32,000 bases of DNA from Nitratidesulfovibrio vulgaris str. Hildenborough (GTDB lineage Bacteria; Desulfobacterota; Desulfovibrionia; Desulfovibrionales; Desulfovibrionaceae): assembly GCF_000195755.1 (NCBI RefSeq), contig NC_002937.3:3030001-3062000 (forward strand), read 5' to 3'. The number at the start of each line of letters is the position of its first letter. Within the stretch, counting starts at the first letter, position 1. Made by a program: the position numbers and the translations under genes. Shown here one piece after another: positions 28,744 through 32,000 of this stretch. Below the pieces are notes generated by a model that made no database searches, was not told where the DNA came from, and worked only from the letters and a program-made list of their open reading frames with translations.

Positions 28744-29781
28744 TCACGCTTGACCGTGCGATGGGGCCTCCCTTTCCTGCATTGTAGAGGGCACGGCATC
28801 AGCAGCCTTGGCCTGCGGCGGCACCTTCACCCTGGAGGGGATGAGGCGCAGCAGGCCTACACCGCTTACGATGAGCAGCGCACCGGCCCATTGCATGGTT
28901 GTCAGCTTCTCGCCAAGCCATGCGTCGGCGATGACCGCCGTGAGCACTGGTTCCAGTAGAAGAATGGTATTGGCCACCACCACGGGCAACAGGCCCAGTG
29001 AGACGTTGTACAGCCCGAAGCCGAGCAATGTCGGCCCTGCGGCAAGGATGAAGAGCGCAAGCCAGCAACCGGGGGCCATGCCAGACCCTACAAATCCGGC
29101 CGCACCAAGTCCCAGTCCCGGCGCATAGGCCGCCAGCAGAAGGTTGGCAACAGCCTGAAACACCGCCGCATAGGCGAAGATGTGCAGCAGTGTCACCCAC
29201 GCATCGATACCGCGCCGTGCAGCCACGCGCCCCAGCATGCTGTAGGCCGCATACAATAGGCCCGAGGCGATGCCCGTCACGAGGCCCAGCGTACTCATGT
29301 TCCACGCGCCGGGGTCGGCAACGCCGCAGACCATGGCGCACCCCACGAGGCAACCCGCCACCGTGAGCATGAGGGGCAGTGTAAGGGCCTCTCCCAGCAG
29401 AAGCCAGCCGAAGATGCCCGTATACGCCGCTGAACAGTAGACCAGCACCGTCGCCACGGCGGCACCCGTCTCCACGATGGCAATGGTCCAGTCCATGTTG
29501 AACACGGCAAGCAGCAGACCGTAGCCCGCAAGCAGCCATCTGTCGCGCCATGACCTCAGGCCGATGGGTATCCCCCTCCATAGCAGCACCGGCAACAGCG
29601 TAGCCACCACGAAGAAGTTGCGCCAGAAGGCCAACTGCACCGGAGGCAGCGCGTATTCGACGCTGATGAACCGTATGAGTATGCCCGTGAAGGACATGAT
29701 GACCGCACTGACCAGCGCGATGACGTAGCCACGGGCACCACTTTGTGCCGTGTTCGCCCCACATTCGATGCCATAACCCAT
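28744..29781 (-). CDS. DMT-superfamily EamA-like transporter (about 10 TM segments)
   Basis: 345 aa and hydrophobic throughout. It has two EamA-like halves. AGGAGA lies 5 nt upstream of ATG 29781. Confidence 0.82.
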   Translation of the reverse strand: MGYGIECGANTAQSGARGYVIALVSAVIMSFTGILIRFISVEYALPPVQLAFWRNFFVVATLLPVLLWRGIPIGLRSWRDRWLLAGYGLLLAVFNMDWTIAIVETGAAVATVLVYCSAAYTGIFGWLLLGEALTLPLMLTVAGCLVGCAMVCGVADPGAWNMSTLGLVTGIASGLLYAAYSMLGRVAARRGIDAWVTLLHIFAYAAVFQAVANLLLAAYAPGLGLGAAGFVGSGMAPGCWLALFILAAGPTLLGFGLYNVSLGLLPVVVANTILLLEPVLTAVIADAWLGEKLTTMQWAGALLIVSGVGLLRLIPSRVKVPPQAKAADAVPSTMQEREAPSHGQA

Positions 29782-30106
29782 GATCGTCTCCTATTGCCTA
29801 GCCTGTCCTGCTTGGGTAGGCTTGAAACGACCCGGCGAAAAGGGGCACTTTTGACATATTCGATGGGGTCACTCATGTGTACCTGCCACCAGACCCCGGC
29901 AGCGCGTCTGCATCCCGGAACTCCGCAGACAAACCACCATGAGAACCCGCCCAGTGCGGAAGACACGCCACAGGGGCATCCTGATGCCGAATCGGATGTG
30001 CAGGAACGCGAAACGGGATATCCAGCCACGAGAAGGCGCGCCCCCGATGGAACGCGGGCAATCGGCACACACTCCCAGACAGACCTGAACCCTTTGAAGG
30101 CCCGCC

Positions 30107-31669
30107 ATGAACATCCCGCTGGACAGAAGCCTCAGCCTACCTCTCTATGCACAGGTCGCCGCCTTCATTCGCGCGCAGATAGAACGCGGTGCGCTCGAAC
30201 CGGGCATGAGGCTGCCTTCCATACGCCGCCTCTCACAAGACCTCGGCGTAAACCGCGTGACCATCGAGACGGCCTACGGTGAACTTGAGGCCGATGGCCT
30301 CGTGACCGCACGCGGGGGCAGCGGAACGTTCGTGCTTCCGCCCTTTCCCGCATGTGCCCTGCCCTCTCTCGACGGTAGGGCGGTCCCCGCCGCCCCCCCC
30401 GCTGCGACAGGCAGGAAAAGGGGCACGGCGTCTTCGGCTTCTGATGCCGCCACCGTCGAACTTCCGCGCTGGCAGCAGGCCCTTTGCGACAGACGACCCG
30501 ACCTGTCCTGCGACCTGATGATTCCCTTGCAGGTTCCCGGTCCCGATGAAGGCCCCATCGCCCTCGCCAGCGGCAACAGCGACGCACGCCTCTTCCCCCT
30601 CGCCTCGTTCAGACGCACTCTGCGCACCGTTCTCGCCCGCGACGGCATCAAGGCCCTTGAGTATGAAGACCCGGCGGGCTACGCGCCCTTGCGGCGCACC
30701 ATCGCGCGCATCCTCGCCGACCAGGGTGTTCCGGCGACACCCGACACGGTGCTCGTCACAGCAGGCTCACAGCAGGCACTCCATCTTGTGGCGCAGGTCG
30801 TCCTGAAACCGGGAGACCCCGTGTATGTCGAAACGCCATCCTACGCCGACGGCATGGCGCTCTTCCGCACACTGGGGTTACGCATCGTACCCGTCTTCAC
30901 AGACAGCGAAGGCATGTCCGCCGAGGGACTGCGCGAAGCCATCGCCCGCCACGGACACGGGCTCGTCTTCACCATGCCCAATTTCCAGAACCCCACGGGC
31001 ATCTGCATGAGCGGCCAGCGCAGACGACGGATTGCGGCCATCGCCGTGGCGCACGGTGTTCCAATCCTCGAAGACGACTATGTGGGTGACATCAGATACG
31101 AAGGGTATTCACAGCCTTCGCTACACAGCCTCACTCCGCCCGGACACACCTTTTACGCAGGGACGTTCTCCAAGATGCTGGTCCCCGGCCTTCGCATGGG
31201 GTACCTCGTGGCCGAAGGGCCGGTGCTGCGGATGCTGGCACGGGTGAAACGCATGTACGACCTCTCCACCTCCAGCGTCGTACAGCGCACACTGGAACGC
31301 TTCGTCGACCTCGGCAGCTACCGTGCCCACCTCACCCGCGCGTGCCGTATCTACAAGGTGCGTCGTGATGCCCTTCTCGACAGCGCAGTGCGCCACCTGC
31401 CGGACGATGTGACCATCGCCCCCGTGCGGGGCGGGTTGTTCGCATGGATGACGCTGCCGGAGGGGGTCGGTGCCACTGTGCTGGCCCACGAAGCGGCGCG
31501 GCATGGCGTGACCGTGACTCCGGGTACCCCCTTCTTCGCAGAAGGGCTGGAAGGTGAACGACACCTGCGCATCAACTTCACCCAGCACGACCCCGAGATT
31601 CTCGAAGAGGGAATGCGCCGCCTTGCACGCGCCATCGCCCGCTGCCGCAAGGGAAAGCACTGTGCCTGA
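30107..31669 (+). CDS. MocR/GabR-type regulator (GntR winged-HTH fused to a PLP-dependent aminotransferase-like domain)
   Basis: The N-terminal GntR HTH is LPSIRRLSQDLGVNRVTIETAYGELEADGLV. A long Pro/Ala-rich linker follows. The fold-type I aminotransferase region contains GTFSKMLVPGLRMGY (the PLP lysine). Confidence 0.9.
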   Translation: MNIPLDRSLSLPLYAQVAAFIRAQIERGALEPGMRLPSIRRLSQDLGVNRVTIETAYGELEADGLVTARGGSGTFVLPPFPACALPSLDGRAVPAAPPAATGRKRGTASSASDAATVELPRWQQALCDRRPDLSCDLMIPLQVPGPDEGPIALASGNSDARLFPLASFRRTLRTVLARDGIKALEYEDPAGYAPLRRTIARILADQGVPATPDTVLVTAGSQQALHLVAQVVLKPGDPVYVETPSYADGMALFRTLGLRIVPVFTDSEGMSAEGLREAIARHGHGLVFTMPNFQNPTGICMSGQRRRRIAAIAVAHGVPILEDDYVGDIRYEGYSQPSLHSLTPPGHTFYAGTFSKMLVPGLRMGYLVAEGPVLRMLARVKRMYDLSTSSVVQRTLERFVDLGSYRAHLTRACRIYKVRRDALLDSAVRHLPDDVTIAPVRGGLFAWMTLPEGVGATVLAHEAARHGVTVTPGTPFFAEGLEGERHLRINFTQHDPEILEEGMRRLARAIARCRKGKHCA

Positions 31670-31711
31670 CGCCGGATATCGGATAAAAATCCGAAAAGTG
31701 ACGTTGGCACA

Positions 31712-31740
31712 TTGACAAGCGTGCCGACTCTCTATACAAC
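31712..31740 (+). promoter_or_regulatory. Candidate promoter for the tRNA pair
   Basis: A perfect TTGACA (31712-31717), then either TATACA (31733-31738, 15-nt spacer) or TACAAC (31735-31740, 17-nt spacer). tRNA-Gln begins at 31754. Confidence 0.45.
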
Positions 31741-31753
31741 GGCTCCTCGCTGA

Positions 31754-31828
31754 TGGGCTGTCGTTCAATTGGCAGGACGACGGATTCTGGCTCCGTTAAT
31801 CTAGGTTCGAGTCCTAGCAGCCCAGCCA
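31754..31828 (+). tRNA. tRNA-Gln (anticodon CUG)
   Basis: The acceptor stem is TGGGCTG/CAGCCCA (U1-A72). The anticodon arm is ACGGA-TTCTGGC-TCCGT and the T-arm is CTAGG-TTCGAGT-CCTAG. Discriminator G and an encoded CCA are present. Confidence 0.92.
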
Positions 31829-31845
31829 AGCACCCCCCTTATTGC

Positions 31846-31923
31846 GTCCCTATCGTCTAGCCCGGCCCAGGACAACGGCCTTTCACGCCGTCGACAGGGG
31901 TTCAAATCCCCTTGGGGACGCCA
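31846..31923 (+). tRNA. tRNA-Glu (anticodon UUC)
   Basis: The acceptor stem is GTCCCTA/TGGGGAC. The anticodon arm is ACGGC-CTTTCAC-GCCGT and the T-arm is AGGGG-TTCAAAT-CCCCT. GCCA is encoded at the end. It closely parallels the E. coli tRNA-Glu layout. Confidence 0.92.
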
Positions 31924-31933
31924 CTGAAGTCAT

Positions 31934-31967
31934 GCCCTCATGTTCCCACATGAGGGCTTTTCCTTTT
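31934..31967 (+). terminator. Intrinsic terminator after the tRNA pair
   Basis: GCCCTCATGT (31934-31943), loop TCCC, ACATGAGGGC (31948-31957), then TTTTCCTTTT. Confidence 0.8.
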
Positions 31968-32000
31968 CTGCGCGACGCATAGCTTCTAGAGATATAATGC

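Overview
This is a GC-rich bacterial chromosomal segment of mostly core genes. No mobile elements, CRISPR arrays or obvious defence islands were seen. Gene content and order fit what I recall for a Desulfovibrio-type (Desulfovibrionaceae) genome downstream of rpoC, but that is recollection and I cannot verify it here.

Gene order, left to right:
- The 3' two-thirds of rpoC.
- A 166-bp tandem repeat.
- A tightly packed five-gene signalling operon: DUF4390-like protein, NtrY-like kinase, SDR-type oxidoreductase, REC-PAS-HD-GYP regulator, NtrX/NtrC-like sigma-54 activator.
- gpmA.
- An atypical receiver/TPR protein.
- A DUF39 (COG1900) homocysteine-biosynthesis gene paired with a LarE-like PP-loop sulfur transferase.
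- Two very small genes: a 36-aa basic peptide and an FmdB zinc-ribbon protein.
- purB and pyrE.
- An L,D-transpeptidase coupled to a membrane-anchored protein.
- On the minus strand, nrdD (class III ribonucleotide reductase) behind a cobalamin riboswitch, followed by an 80-aa ORF.
- A divergent short flagellin-like gene with a sigma-28-type promoter.
- A DUF486/DMT membrane protein.
- A PAS-GGDEF gene that looks split by a 1-nt frameshift.
- glnS, with a -24/-12-like element upstream.
- An EamA transporter divergent from a MocR-type regulator.
- A tRNA-Gln/tRNA-Glu pair with a clean terminator.

Many long ORFs in the supplied track are alternate-frame or antisense shadows typical of GC-rich DNA, and I rejected them.

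I found no unambiguous new system. The best candidates for follow-up are:
- the branched NtrY/NtrX/HD-GYP operon;
- the DUF39 plus LarE-like pair;
- the structured tandem repeat after rpoC;
- the inverted repeat and sigma-54-like element between the GGDEF gene and glnS.
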